Shown: one piece after another, positions 24,716 to 34,210 of the stretch
Layout of the letters: each line of letters begins with the position of its first letter
Position numbering within the stretch: position 1 is the stretch's first letter
From: a virus
Reading direction: 5' to 3' (one strand)
IMG/VR virus record: IMGVR_UViG_3300050821_003619
Location: 45,251-109,250 of that record
Length of the DNA stretch: 64,000 bases
Notes under the pieces: model-generated
The model's database searches: none
Seen by the model: the letters and a program-made list of their open reading frames with translations, nothing else
What the model was told of the DNA's origin: nothing
Position numbers and translations under genes: made by a program

Positions 24716-25134
24716 TTGGTCTCCTGTCTATCTACTGTTACAAGATTGTCCCATGCATAATTACTAAGCATTTTACGGATGACTTCTCCCTCAGCTTGCG
24801 TGAAGGTTGCTACATCCTTATGCGCTCCCACACGAGCGCTGCCCTTTTCGGTCTTAAGCGCGTATTGATGCGCCAACAAGGAACCGGCGAGGGTAAAAGC
24901 TGTGTAGAAGATTCCGGCACCAATGGCAGGCAGTACACCTAATTTACCTGACAGGATGCCCATAAAGGCTCCTACAGCGAAAATCTGGGATACGAACCAT
25001 ACGCCATTGGAAAAGAAACCAGCGACGAGGTGCTTTGATAATGAGCCACTATTACGTGCGCGAGACACGAACGTAAAAGCAAAGTTTTGGGCGATCAAAA
25101 TGACCGCCCACATGAACCACATTTTTTCTGACAT
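24712..25134 (-). CDS. Multi-pass membrane protein
   Basis: 3-4 TM segments; AGGAG upstream. Confidence 0.7.
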   Translation of the reverse strand: MSEKMWFMWAVILIAQNFAFTFVSRARNSGSLSKHLVAGFFSNGVWFVSQIFAVGAFMGILSGKLGVLPAIGAGIFYTAFTLAGSLLAHQYALKTEKGSARVGAHKDVATFTQAEGEVIRKMLSNYAWDNLVTVDRQETK

Positions 25135-25154
25135 GAGTCTGAGTCAATCTCCTG

Positions 25155-26603
25155 TTAAATGCGACCGAACTTCTCTTCATACTCAACTGCGAACTGAGCA
25201 TATCCATTGGGTTCCTCACGTTGAACGTGTGTACAATCAATGAAGTATTGCCAAGTCTGAATCTGCTTGTCCGATACACCGAATAACCACTGACCGGCTG
25301 GAATTACTTCTAGCCCCCAGTTAACGCCTAGTTCGTTCTGCCCATTGAGACTTCCGTTAGATAGAAGCCGAGGGAAAGAGACGGGGACGTGTATGTCACC
25401 GATGACGAAGCGGTCAAAGGTAGCTCCCTCCAATCCCGCATGGGCACGATAGGTTGGAGAATCAAACAAGGCTCGTGTGTGATTGATGAACGACGAGATA
25501 CTCTTTGCTTGAGCTTCTGGGCTGTTTTTGTAGCCCACTTCCATACCGTGGTTAAATCCATAACGATGTCCTCTGATGTTCTCAAATATGAACGGGCTCA
25601 TTGTGTCATGGACTGTGATTCCCTTGTGCCCTTTGAATTTATCAATGAGCATCTGGTAGATCAGCCAGTCAAACGTGCGCTGAGCTTGCAGCTTCGTAGG
25701 CATTTTGTGATCTTCCATCATTCGCATATGGTTTCCCACGCTGAACAACAGAACGATCTCTTCGATGACCCCTTCGTCAATCAAGGTCAAAAGGTCCTCG
25801 ATAACGAAGCGAAGCATGTGATACGAGAAGTGAATCTGAGGAGCAATGAAAAGCGCGTTGCTCTTTGGGGCATCGTGCAAATCCCCGTTACCAATGTCTC
25901 CCAGAATAGGCACATATAGACGCTTAATCGGGTACATTGCACGGTGAAGAGCCAGAATCTTCTTGGCCTTCTGCACTGTGTATCCCATACGGTTCCCAGC
26001 AATCTGCAAATCAAATTCAGGAAACCCGCTGGTATCGGCAGTTCTGATTACGTCACCGAAGTGGGTGTCAGAGATAACAAATACCGCATCTTCTGAGTGG
26101 GTAGACTTCACTGGAGGCTGAGCCTGAGGTTTCTGTGCTCTTACCAATGTGACCGGGGACTTAAAATCTCCCATGGCCTGTGTAAAGTCCTTAATGTTCT
26201 TTAGCAGGTCTTCCCATCCAGCATGGTTAGCGGAAAGATGCTCACGCATTGCTTTCTCAGCTTCCAACTGTTTACGAAGTCTAGCGATCTGGCGAGTCAG
26301 GGTAGCGTTTTGCTGCAAAACATAGCTCTGCAGGTTACCTGACGTATCGCCTATGGCAAACTGCGTTACTGCCTTGTCTTCTGCTTTGTCAGGTGCCGCT
26401 TGTAGTCTGTTTGCGACCTTTACTAATTTTTGTTCTTGAATGTAGCGTTGAATCTTTGTGGCACTTGTCGATCCGCATGAGAGATGTTCACGTAATCCAT
26501 CTCTGGTCAGTTCTTCTCCCTCAGCTTCTATCGACTGGGCGTACGGTAGGGCTTTTTTAAGCAACTCTAACTCGTGCGCCGATAGCTCAACTTTCGGCAT
26601 CAT
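25155..26603 (-). CDS. Calcineurin-like metallophosphoesterase with N-terminal helical/coiled-coil region
   Basis: SDTHFGD, LGDIGNG, VGNH, FNHG, IGDIH motifs. Confidence 0.85.
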   Translation of the reverse strand: MMPKVELSAHELELLKKALPYAQSIEAEGEELTRDGLREHLSCGSTSATKIQRYIQEQKLVKVANRLQAAPDKAEDKAVTQFAIGDTSGNLQSYVLQQNATLTRQIARLRKQLEAEKAMREHLSANHAGWEDLLKNIKDFTQAMGDFKSPVTLVRAQKPQAQPPVKSTHSEDAVFVISDTHFGDVIRTADTSGFPEFDLQIAGNRMGYTVQKAKKILALHRAMYPIKRLYVPILGDIGNGDLHDAPKSNALFIAPQIHFSYHMLRFVIEDLLTLIDEGVIEEIVLLFSVGNHMRMMEDHKMPTKLQAQRTFDWLIYQMLIDKFKGHKGITVHDTMSPFIFENIRGHRYGFNHGMEVGYKNSPEAQAKSISSFINHTRALFDSPTYRAHAGLEGATFDRFVIGDIHVPVSFPRLLSNGSLNGQNELGVNWGLEVIPAGQWLFGVSDKQIQTWQYFIDCTHVQREEPNGYAQFAVEYEEKFGRI

Positions 26604-26645
26604 TCACCTTTTTTGGAAATCCTCTAAGAATTTAGAGGTAAAATT

Positions 26646-26674
26646 ATGGTAACACGGGTTCGCTGAAAAGTCAA
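26646..26674 (-). promoter_or_regulatory. Sigma70-type promoter for the phosphoesterase-dNMP kinase operon
   Basis: TTGACT (26674-26669), 17-nt spacer ending TGT, TACCAT (26651-26646). Confidence 0.7.
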
Positions 26675-26675
26675 G

Positions 26676-26876
26676 CTAATTCTTAGGCGCAGGGCAGGTT
26701 GTACCTGAGTACGGCTGTCCATCATAGGTATATGTGCAGTGCTTTACTCGCATTTCATATCCTATAACGGCACCTGCTGCCGCACCTACCACTAAACCGG
26801 TAACTACCGGGTGGCGTCTGATTGTCGCGCATCCTGTCAAGGAGAGACAAAGGATGGCTACTAGTATCTTTTTCAT
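26676..26876 (-). CDS. Small lipoprotein
   Basis: Lipobox LTGC; Gly-zipper GLVVGAAAGAVIG. Confidence 0.65.
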   Translation of the reverse strand: MKKILVAILCLSLTGCATIRRHPVVTGLVVGAAAGAVIGYEMRVKHCTYTYDGQPYSGTTCPAPKN

Positions 26877-27190
26877 TGTTGATCCTGAGGAGGCACCGGA
26901 GCAGCGGCGTCTCGGGTTGGGGCTCCCTTAATTGCTGAGGCCACTTTCTTAGCTTGGTTTGCAGCGTATGCAGATTGGCCGGTAGCCACCCACGTAGCGG
27001 CTCCACCAAGATCAGGAAGGTGCCCTGTGCGAATAACGAGGTAGGTTATCCAGAAAGAAGCGATTACGATGCTAAAAGCTCCGGCATAGCGGCTGTAGGA
27101 ACCTACACCATCTTCTGACAGAGCTTCTTTTATGTGCTGCGGTAAAATAGAGAAGAGCTTGCTTAGCAGCAACTTAAACTTGTTGATCAT
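26873..27190 (-). CDS. Holin-like membrane protein
   Basis: GSYSR..TM..HLPDL..TM pattern; lysis-type position after tail fibres. Confidence 0.55.
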   Translation of the reverse strand: MINKFKLLLSKLFSILPQHIKEALSEDGVGSYSRYAGAFSIVIASFWITYLVIRTGHLPDLGGAATWVATGQSAYAANQAKKVASAIKGAPTRDAAAPVPPQDQQ

Positions 27191-27191
27191 T

Positions 27192-27491
27192 TTACTTTTC
27201 CAGTCGTCCCATCAACGTACGCTGGTCGAGGTGCATATCACTGAGGGTTTTTGCTACGTCTTGTAGCACTGTCACTGTTGCTTGTGTATTTGCTTCAATG
27301 TGGGTGAGATGGTTAGTTCTTTGTGTTTGTAGTTCATCTTTCAAAACTAATAATTGATTCTTAGCTTCAACCCATTCTTTCTTAACTTTTCTAAAAGGCC
27401 ACAATAGGGCACCTCCTACTACGCCCACGACAGCGGACACAATAAGTTTATCCGCTATCACCTCCACAAACGATGCTGGCATAAAAAACAT
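27192..27491 (-). CDS. Single-TM coiled-coil protein (holin/antiholin-like)
   Basis: N-terminal TM; TNHLTHIE coiled coil. Confidence 0.55.
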   Translation of the reverse strand: MFFMPASFVEVIADKLIVSAVVGVVGGALLWPFRKVKKEWVEAKNQLLVLKDELQTQRTNHLTHIEANTQATVTVLQDVAKTLSDMHLDQRTLMGRLEK

Positions 27492-27501
27492 CTTTCTTTT
27501 A

Positions 27502-29070
27502 TTAATTTTGAAACACTAGCAAATAATTTACTTTGTTTGTACCTGTACCAGTTACAGTTAAGGTAGTGTTAGTCACTACAAAACTCACACCGGCACCGGT
27601 TGGGTCTTGTACAAAAGCTATCGGAGGAGATGTGTTGGATGTGTTCTTAAACGTGTACGTTGCTGTACCGCCTGATAAAGTCAGTTGTCCAACAAAATCA
27701 GTGTTACCCGGAGCAGAAGCTGCTGTATGTGTTAGTCGTAAAGCCTGCCCCAAAATCAGTGGTCCCTGTAATTCTGTATAAGAACTGTCTTGAGCTACTG
27801 ATTGAACAAAAATAGCACGGTCTCTATGGTCGGTTCCGTAGTCATTTATGTAGACACCAGCTATCCCATCAGGATACCGCGCAGCATTCTGCACACCTTC
27901 TACGTATATGTTAGCTCCAGATATACCAGATGTTGCCGAGCTATCATTATGTGATTTAAAATACGCTCCCACTAACCAACTTGCCGGTGAAGTAGTAGAG
28001 TTTGCCATTTCACAACGCAAAACAGATGCTGTGTACGGTCCTCCAACTACTGAACCAGAACTTGCTCTAAATGTCGTTAATCGTAGGGCATTTACTCCAT
28101 ATTGATTAGGATATGTGAGTTGATTAGTGTTCCCAAGATATAGCTCAAATGAAGCAGTGCTTATTTCAGAGTCAGGGGAACCAAACATAGTAGGTGCCCC
28201 ATATAAATCTAGCTCGCCTTGTATACCCGCTATGCCCTTATGACTAGAAGTATCGGCAGAGGGAGTTTGCGTGGTAAAATACATCGCTCTGTCTTGGTTA
28301 TTCTGGTCTGTGCCACTCCCTGTGGTATGAAAAATTGTAAATGCAGCATTCTTACCGTATAAAGGAGTTTGACCGGTATCATTGATGCCGACTTTGTTAT
28401 AAAACACTACAGTAGCATTTTGTGTTCCAGCTACTAGGGTCTCTATACCCATCAACGCACGCCAAGCATTGTTCTGATCCTGAAACCACCAAAATGGATT
28501 GTTTCCATTCCCTGTTGGTGCTGCACTTACTGCGCCGGGTGGAGCAGTTTGAGCAGTATTAGGAGAAAGTATTCTATTGCTAGTTGCCCCTGAGGTAATC
28601 TGGCTTTGAACCCAAGCCGTAGTAGCTATGGACGTAGAATTGTCAGATGACAACACCGTAGGTGCCGTGGGCGTACCAGTCAACGCAGGTGAAGCAAGAG
28701 TTGCAAAATTCTGTCCTTTAACAAATGCTGTAGTAGCAATAAGTGTTGAAGAGTCAGACAGTGTAGGGGTAGGTGCAGTAGGTGTACCAGTTAGTGCCGG
28801 TGAAGCTAAGGGAGCCGCCCCTGTAATCTGAGCAACTACATAGTCTCCGGCAGAAGATACAACTGTACCAAAACGACCAAATACGCTATTAACTGCTCCT
28901 GTGCCTGCTCCTCCAGAATATCCTTGTCCTTTTACCCAAGCTGTGGTGGCAACTTGTGTAGAGTTGTCGGATAAAGGGGGAGACTGTGGTAAAGCTGTGC
29001 TGCTCAAGTCTGAAATAGTTTGTGGTATAGTTACAACAGTTACGTCACCATTGCGAAAAACTTGGCTCAC
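27502..29070 (-). CDS. Tail fibre protein
   Basis: VNSVFGR.G.V; ASPALTGTPTAPT x2; D(N/S)ST.(V/I)ATTA(W/F)V x3. Confidence 0.85.
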   Translation of the reverse strand: MSQVFRNGDVTVVTIPQTISDLSSTALPQSPPLSDNSTQVATTAWVKGQGYSGGAGTGAVNSVFGRFGTVVSSAGDYVVAQITGAAPLASPALTGTPTAPTPTLSDSSTLIATTAFVKGQNFATLASPALTGTPTAPTVLSSDNSTSIATTAWVQSQITSGATSNRILSPNTAQTAPPGAVSAAPTGNGNNPFWWFQDQNNAWRALMGIETLVAGTQNATVVFYNKVGINDTGQTPLYGKNAAFTIFHTTGSGTDQNNQDRAMYFTTQTPSADTSSHKGIAGIQGELDLYGAPTMFGSPDSEISTASFELYLGNTNQLTYPNQYGVNALRLTTFRASSGSVVGGPYTASVLRCEMANSTTSPASWLVGAYFKSHNDSSATSGISGANIYVEGVQNAARYPDGIAGVYINDYGTDHRDRAIFVQSVAQDSSYTELQGPLILGQALRLTHTAASAPGNTDFVGQLTLSGGTATYTFKNTSNTSPPIAFVQDPTGAGVSFVVTNTTLTVTGTGTNKVNYLLVFQN

Positions 29071-29154
29071 AAAGATTTCTTTCCGAATCTAAAAATGTGT
29101 AACTAGACCTAACCCAATGAAGTTTCCACTGGGTTAGGACTTGAAAATAGAGGA

Positions 29155-31623
29155 CTATAGTGCCTCTAATTTTATATGCAGTTCATACACCATTTGTCCG
29201 GGCGTATTTGAAGTGTAGCCATACTGATATTGAATAGCTGTCCCTGTTTTAGCATAAACAATAATAGACCCACCAAGAGCGGTGCCCGTTGTGTTTGCTG
29301 CCGATGTAATAGAGTTCCCAGCTACCGTAGTCTTGACCACAGAATCTGTAGGAGAGGTAAATACTACTTGGAATCCATTTGCTCCACCAAGAGTTGAGGA
29401 TGACCCATCAGCGGTAGTAATGTCCGCTGACCATGAAATTCTGTACATACCTGATCTTGGTGCTGAAGCAATTAGGTTAGTAGCAGAAATTGCCGCAGAT
29501 TGAGCAGTCAAATCAACAGTAACAATCTCTGAAGGTACACCTTGAGATACTGTAGCTGTACCTCCATAAGAGGTAATTGTGCCCAACTGAAGGTTACCGG
29601 TAATGTTCCCGGCACTTCCATTGCCTATACCTACCACTCCAGCAGAGATTCTTGATAAACCAGTATCACTGTTCCATGCAATAGTTGTTGCTGATGGAAG
29701 AGCTAAACTAGTAGAACCAGATGATCCAGAGTGAACAAAAGTAAGTGCACTAGCACCGTTTGTTCCGTTGGATATTATGTTCTGTATAGCCCATGAATCT
29801 GTAGACGAAACTGTTCCATTCCAGTAATTGCCCTGAAGAGACAAATTAGGGCTACTTTGAGAAGTAGCAGCATTTGCCAAAGTAAGACTCATAACAGTTA
29901 CAGCAGAAGAGATGGATGGTATGGATAAAGTAGCATTTCCGGTTGATCCGTTGTGAGATACAGTTAATGTGCTATTAGAATTGTCTACTCCATTCGTTCC
30001 TACAACGTTTTGTATAGTCCACGAGTCAGTGGCCGAAGCTGTTCCGTTCCAATATGTACCATTTAAATTAAACACTGGGGAACTGCTATTTGTTTGAGTT
30101 CCTCCAATTAAAAACGCTGCAATAGGAGAACCAACAGTTTTTCCGTTGTTAGTAATAGTCCATGTTGGATTATAGGTTGTTCCAGAAATTCCAGTTAGCA
30201 AGTAAGACGCTGATCCACACTCAGAGGTTGTGACTGCTTGTGTATCTGGTGTGCTAAATCCTTCATTTATGGTTGATACCATACCGTTAGTGGCATTATC
30301 ACAACCAAAACCTGATACAATTACCGCTGCTCCTGTAGGAACAACCGATGCACTAACAAACCCTGTATTTGCTTGAGTATTAAGGCCGGTTGAAGCGTTA
30401 AGTACCGTAGCGTCTGTTACCATTCCAGAAAATGCGTACACTATACCAAAAGGGGCCGTTCCTCCTGTCAATGTAAAAGTATGGCCTGACCCTACCGTAG
30501 CATTAAATGCATAAGCAATTCTAGTAAGACTTGAGTTTGCTCCAGAAAAATTAGGTAAAAAATTCCAAGTATTTCCTTTAGAATCTGATATAGATGTCCC
30601 AGAAATAGCGCAGATAACAGCAACTAGTAAATTAGCACCAGTAGTATTTATGGCACTAGAAGCAGAAGTTCCGGTCCATACTCTACTAGCTACAAAACCA
30701 GCCGTACCAGAAAAAGTGGCTGGCGTAGTATTCGCCCAAGTCCAATTCACTGGGGAAGTCTGATTAAACGTAGTTGCGTTCCCTGCATTTGCAAGGGTTA
30801 ATGCTCCGCTTGCGTTTCCAATTTGATTCCACAACACTGCGCCAGAAGGTATATCTGCGCTTACTAGTGCTCTGAACGTAGGTGCCGCTGCGCCACCAGA
30901 GGTTGGTCCAGCAAAAACAGTATTTGCTGTTTGATTCTGAGGCGTAGGAATAGTTAAAGTCCCTGCTGCCGATGCTAATTGTAGGGAGCTTGCATAAATT
31001 ACGCCATCTCCAGCTAGTTGTCCAGCCAAAACATTTGAAGTAGTTGGCAAAGTCAACGTAGGGGTGGCAGCATTAGCGGGTGCCGTAAGAGTATACTTAC
31101 CAGAAGCTGTAGAACTAGCTAAGGCAATGGTTCCTGTTGATGTTCCGGGTATGCCCAACACAGGAGCGATTGTATAAGAAGGCGCAGCCGCTGATGTGGT
31201 GTTGTTTCCAAATACTGTACCCCCACCGGCATTGCTAAGTGTAAACGTTAGTGCAGGTGTAGTTGTAGGGGTGGCTACGCTGGTAGTAAATAGTGGAGAC
31301 AAATTACCAGAAGAGAATGAGCTAACTGTACCAGAACTTAAAGGTACATAGGCAGATACGCTTGAACCTGATACTTGCCACGTAACATTGACATTACCAC
31401 CCGGAGCGGCTGGAGTTGTGCCATTGAAGTTAGGGTTAGTAACTTGGCTACCGTTTACGTTTACCGAGCCACCCCCACCTCCACCTGCAGCGAACACATC
31501 AATTAACCAAAAATTCTCTGCAACTGTAGGGTCCATGCCTGCTAAAGATAGACCTAAATTTGGCGTTAGAGGGCTTCCTTTCCCTATGTAACTTGGCGGT
31601 AAACCATCATATCCGATTGGCAT
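29155..31623 (-). CDS. Ser/Thr/Gly-rich tail fibre or appendage protein
   Basis: ANTVFAGPTSGGAAAPTFRALV motif; internal duplication of SP...YWNGT...TDSW.IQN. Confidence 0.75.
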   Translation of the reverse strand: MPIGYDGLPPSYIGKGSPLTPNLGLSLAGMDPTVAENFWLIDVFAAGGGGGGSVNVNGSQVTNPNFNGTTPAAPGGNVNVTWQVSGSSVSAYVPLSSGTVSSFSSGNLSPLFTTSVATPTTTPALTFTLSNAGGGTVFGNNTTSAAAPSYTIAPVLGIPGTSTGTIALASSTASGKYTLTAPANAATPTLTLPTTSNVLAGQLAGDGVIYASSLQLASAAGTLTIPTPQNQTANTVFAGPTSGGAAAPTFRALVSADIPSGAVLWNQIGNASGALTLANAGNATTFNQTSPVNWTWANTTPATFSGTAGFVASRVWTGTSASSAINTTGANLLVAVICAISGTSISDSKGNTWNFLPNFSGANSSLTRIAYAFNATVGSGHTFTLTGGTAPFGIVYAFSGMVTDATVLNASTGLNTQANTGFVSASVVPTGAAVIVSGFGCDNATNGMVSTINEGFSTPDTQAVTTSECGSASYLLTGISGTTYNPTWTITNNGKTVGSPIAAFLIGGTQTNSSSPVFNLNGTYWNGTASATDSWTIQNVVGTNGVDNSNSTLTVSHNGSTGNATLSIPSISSAVTVMSLTLANAATSQSSPNLSLQGNYWNGTVSSTDSWAIQNIISNGTNGASALTFVHSGSSGSTSLALPSATTIAWNSDTGLSRISAGVVGIGNGSAGNITGNLQLGTITSYGGTATVSQGVPSEIVTVDLTAQSAAISATNLIASAPRSGMYRISWSADITTADGSSSTLGGANGFQVVFTSPTDSVVKTTVAGNSITSAANTTGTALGGSIIVYAKTGTAIQYQYGYTSNTPGQMVYELHIKLEAL

Positions 31624-31637
31624 GTCATTCTCCTACC

Positions 31638-32159
31638 TTAAGTGTTGTTGCTTTGTACAAAGCGTCGTAGTGGGTTCTTATTTCCATCTGTGTTATTTAC
31701 TACTTCTTTTGGGGACGAACCATCTAGAACTAATTGTTCTTCGGTTTGAAGATTGTCCTTGGATTTTCTTAAGGTTTCAGCAACCGCTAAGCTATCCTGT
31801 GCAGCTTTTAAAGCTTGCTCGTGCATAAATTGCAGTTCAGAAATTTTCTGCTTTAATTCAGCCGCTAGCTTTTCATCATGTTGTTTTTTGGACAATGAAG
31901 AGTTTAACTTCTGTTCTTCTAAAATACGTCTTTCAGTTTCTTGTTTCTCTATGCTCTTTGCTAAGGCAATGGCTTCTCGTTCTTTTTGTCGATGAGCTTC
32001 TTCTGCTTTTCTGTATACTTCCTCGGCAGCTATGCGACTACGTTCTTTTTCTAATTTAGCCTGTTCCAGCTTAGCAGTGGCTTGAGCTATCAAATCTTGT
32101 TCTTCTTTTATTTGTTCTGAAACTGCCTGCTCAATTTGCTGTTGTATCTTATCTAGCAT
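31638..32159 (-). CDS. Coiled-coil hypothetical protein
   Basis: AGGAG SD; E/K/Q-rich helix. Confidence 0.7.
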   Translation of the reverse strand: MLDKIQQQIEQAVSEQIKEEQDLIAQATAKLEQAKLEKERSRIAAEEVYRKAEEAHRQKEREAIALAKSIEKQETERRILEEQKLNSSLSKKQHDEKLAAELKQKISELQFMHEQALKAAQDSLAVAETLRKSKDNLQTEEQLVLDGSSPKEVVNNTDGNKNPLRRFVQSNNT

Positions 32160-32176
32160 TGTTTCTCTCCTGAGTC

Positions 32177-32201
32177 AAAAAGAAAGGCCCCGAAGGGCCT
32201 T
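32177..32201 (-). terminator. Intrinsic terminator
   Basis: AGGCCC-TTCG-GGGCCT-TTCTTTTT. Confidence 0.85.
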
Positions 32202-32204
32202 ATC

Positions 32205-32915
32205 TTAGCAAGTGATCTTTGCTACAACTTTATTGTTAACTCCACCTGTTACGTTTGCATAACGTACACGGTAGAATCTATAGGCCGAATCAGCAACTTC
32301 CAAAGTTGGTCCCGTTCCCGGTGAACCAGAATTGGTAATAACTCCAATATCTTCGTATTCACTGTCAATGTCGAAGATTGAACCTTGCAGATACGCAGTA
32401 GCTGTAGTTGGGCTGCCTGTAAAACGTACTGTAGCATTTACAGTCTTGCTTTGATTAGCCATCAACTGGGTTGATGGGACAGCGACTGGAACAGTGGCTG
32501 TGTTATTAACCAAAGCTTCACCAATTTCAGAACGAGGTATTATTACCTGTCCCGCATCTGCTGTGCCTGAGGCAACTGTTCCAGATGTCTTAGTGAATGT
32601 AACAGTTACTACTCCATTTTGTACACCCGAAGCATCTACACCAGCAGAGACGGTCAGAATAGACGCATTAGTTACGTTAAAGTGTCCGCTATCGTTGCTG
32701 GTACCGACTACGGTAATCAAGTCTCCAACCAAAGGCACGTTGCCTTGAGTGGTCATATAGGTTAGTGTACCTGTAGTGGTCACAGATGAATCAGAAATAA
32801 CAAACCCCTGAGTAGGGGCCGATTTGTCATCAAACGAGCCTGAAACATAGTATGGAATACCCGCAATCAATAGCGCGGGTACAGGCTTAAACGGCGATGT
32901 AACATATGCTGGCAT
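32205..32915 (-). CDS. Putative virion structural protein
   Basis: Beta-rich, T/S/V/G-rich; YRFYRVRY C-terminal motif. Confidence 0.6.
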   Translation of the reverse strand: MPAYVTSPFKPVPALLIAGIPYYVSGSFDDKSAPTQGFVISDSSVTTTGTLTYMTTQGNVPLVGDLITVVGTSNDSGHFNVTNASILTVSAGVDASGVQNGVVTVTFTKTSGTVASGTADAGQVIIPRSEIGEALVNNTATVPVAVPSTQLMANQSKTVNATVRFTGSPTTATAYLQGSIFDIDSEYEDIGVITNSGSPGTGPTLEVADSAYRFYRVRYANVTGGVNNKVVAKITC

Positions 32916-32956
32916 AAATTAATTCACTCCGACCGGATATACGGTCTCCTTCACGG

Positions 32957-33316
32957 TTATTGTTGGCTTGTAGAACGGCAGGCACCGGCACTTACTGTCA
33001 CCGAGGTACCATCATTAATTGTAACTGTTAACTGTGCAGTATTGCCGTTTCCTGACACAGCCGTAACTACACCCGGCAACGTAAACTGTCCGTTACCGAT
33101 TGCACCCACCAAGTCTCCTGTTGGTTGACTAGTTACCGTCACAGAAGACGGTTCTGGTGCTAATACGTTGGCAGATTTGCATGAGATGCTGTCATTGAAC
33201 AACGAGGTAAACGTAACAGTGGCAGTTGCACCTGTGCCTGATACGGTTCCGCTACCAACAATGGTTACGGAATCTCCTACTGCTACCACTTTCCCATCGG
33301 CTGAAAACGCGCTCAT
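32957..33316 (-). CDS. Putative small virion protein
   Basis: DGKVVAVGDSVT motif similar to NGRLVVVGD of 48904-49119. Confidence 0.6.
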   Translation of the reverse strand: MSAFSADGKVVAVGDSVTIVGSGTVSGTGATATVTFTSLFNDSISCKSANVLAPEPSSVTVTSQPTGDLVGAIGNGQFTLPGVVTAVSGNGNTAQLTVTINDGTSVTVSAGACRSTSQQ

Positions 33317-33318
33317 AG

Positions 33319-34200
33319 TTATTTTCCTTTATCAGCAACGGTGTCATTGATCTTGTTTGCCTTGCTGTCTTTAAATATAATCTTGTATTCTAGGTCCCCG
33401 TGATCTTGGCTTAGCATTATGATTCCACCCGGCTCAACAGAATCGGGAGAATCATTGGTGCTTTCCAAGGTATTGGAATCTTGAGTTTTTTGTTCTTGCA
33501 CGTATCTCTGTAGCTGCTTAATATTGGAATTGTGCATTACCAATAGCAACGCACCGGTATTACGAGCTTTGCAGATGAAGTGTTCAAGAGCTTCATCACA
33601 ACGGTTCTCAAACTGGTAGTGGCTTTCGCCCTCCGGCACTTTACGGTGTGGATGCTCTTTAAACCAGTTTAGCTTTTCTTTGTTTTCTTCAGTTTTCTCT
33701 TGTCCGTTGTATACACCTTTGTTCCACGTACGCATACGAACATCTGTTACGATTTCATTATTGCTTAACCCGAGAGCTTTAGCTAGAATTTTAGCCGTCT
33801 CCATCGTGCGCTTCATATCCGAAGCTATAATGTATCGTATACCCTTATTCTTCAGCTTATCGGCGGCTTCTTCTGCATCTTTAATACCGGCTGGGTCAAT
33901 CTCAGCGTTCTCCCAACCCCCAATTAAATGGTCAGCCGCGTCTTCTCCGTGACGCACAGCGTACAGAAGAACGCGCTTAGGAGAACGGAAATATCCACAA
34001 CACCAGTTGTCTCTAACTGGTTTGGGCTCCCCGTGTGGTCCCACCACCTCTGGATCAATTTGAACCACAGGATGGTGGCAATGGTCGTGTTTGTACCAAA
34101 TGCAGTTGTGGCATTCTCGTGGTGGCTGGTTCTCTTCATTCGTAACCAATCCACTCATCTTTGTGCCATCAATCTGCACTAATTTCCAATCTTCGGCCAT
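33319..34200 (-). CDS. Histidine phosphatase (PGM-like) with N-terminal Cys-rich domain
   Basis: VRHGE, SDMKRT.ETA, PEGES, VMH; N-terminal ECHNC...C...WCC. Confidence 0.88.
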   Translation of the reverse strand: MAEDWKLVQIDGTKMSGLVTNEENQPPRECHNCIWYKHDHCHHPVVQIDPEVVGPHGEPKPVRDNWCCGYFRSPKRVLLYAVRHGEDAADHLIGGWENAEIDPAGIKDAEEAADKLKNKGIRYIIASDMKRTMETAKILAKALGLSNNEIVTDVRMRTWNKGVYNGQEKTEENKEKLNWFKEHPHRKVPEGESHYQFENRCDEALEHFICKARNTGALLLVMHNSNIKQLQRYVQEQKTQDSNTLESTNDSPDSVEPGGIIMLSQDHGDLEYKIIFKDSKANKINDTVADKGK

Positions 34201-34210
34201 TGCCTTCTCC

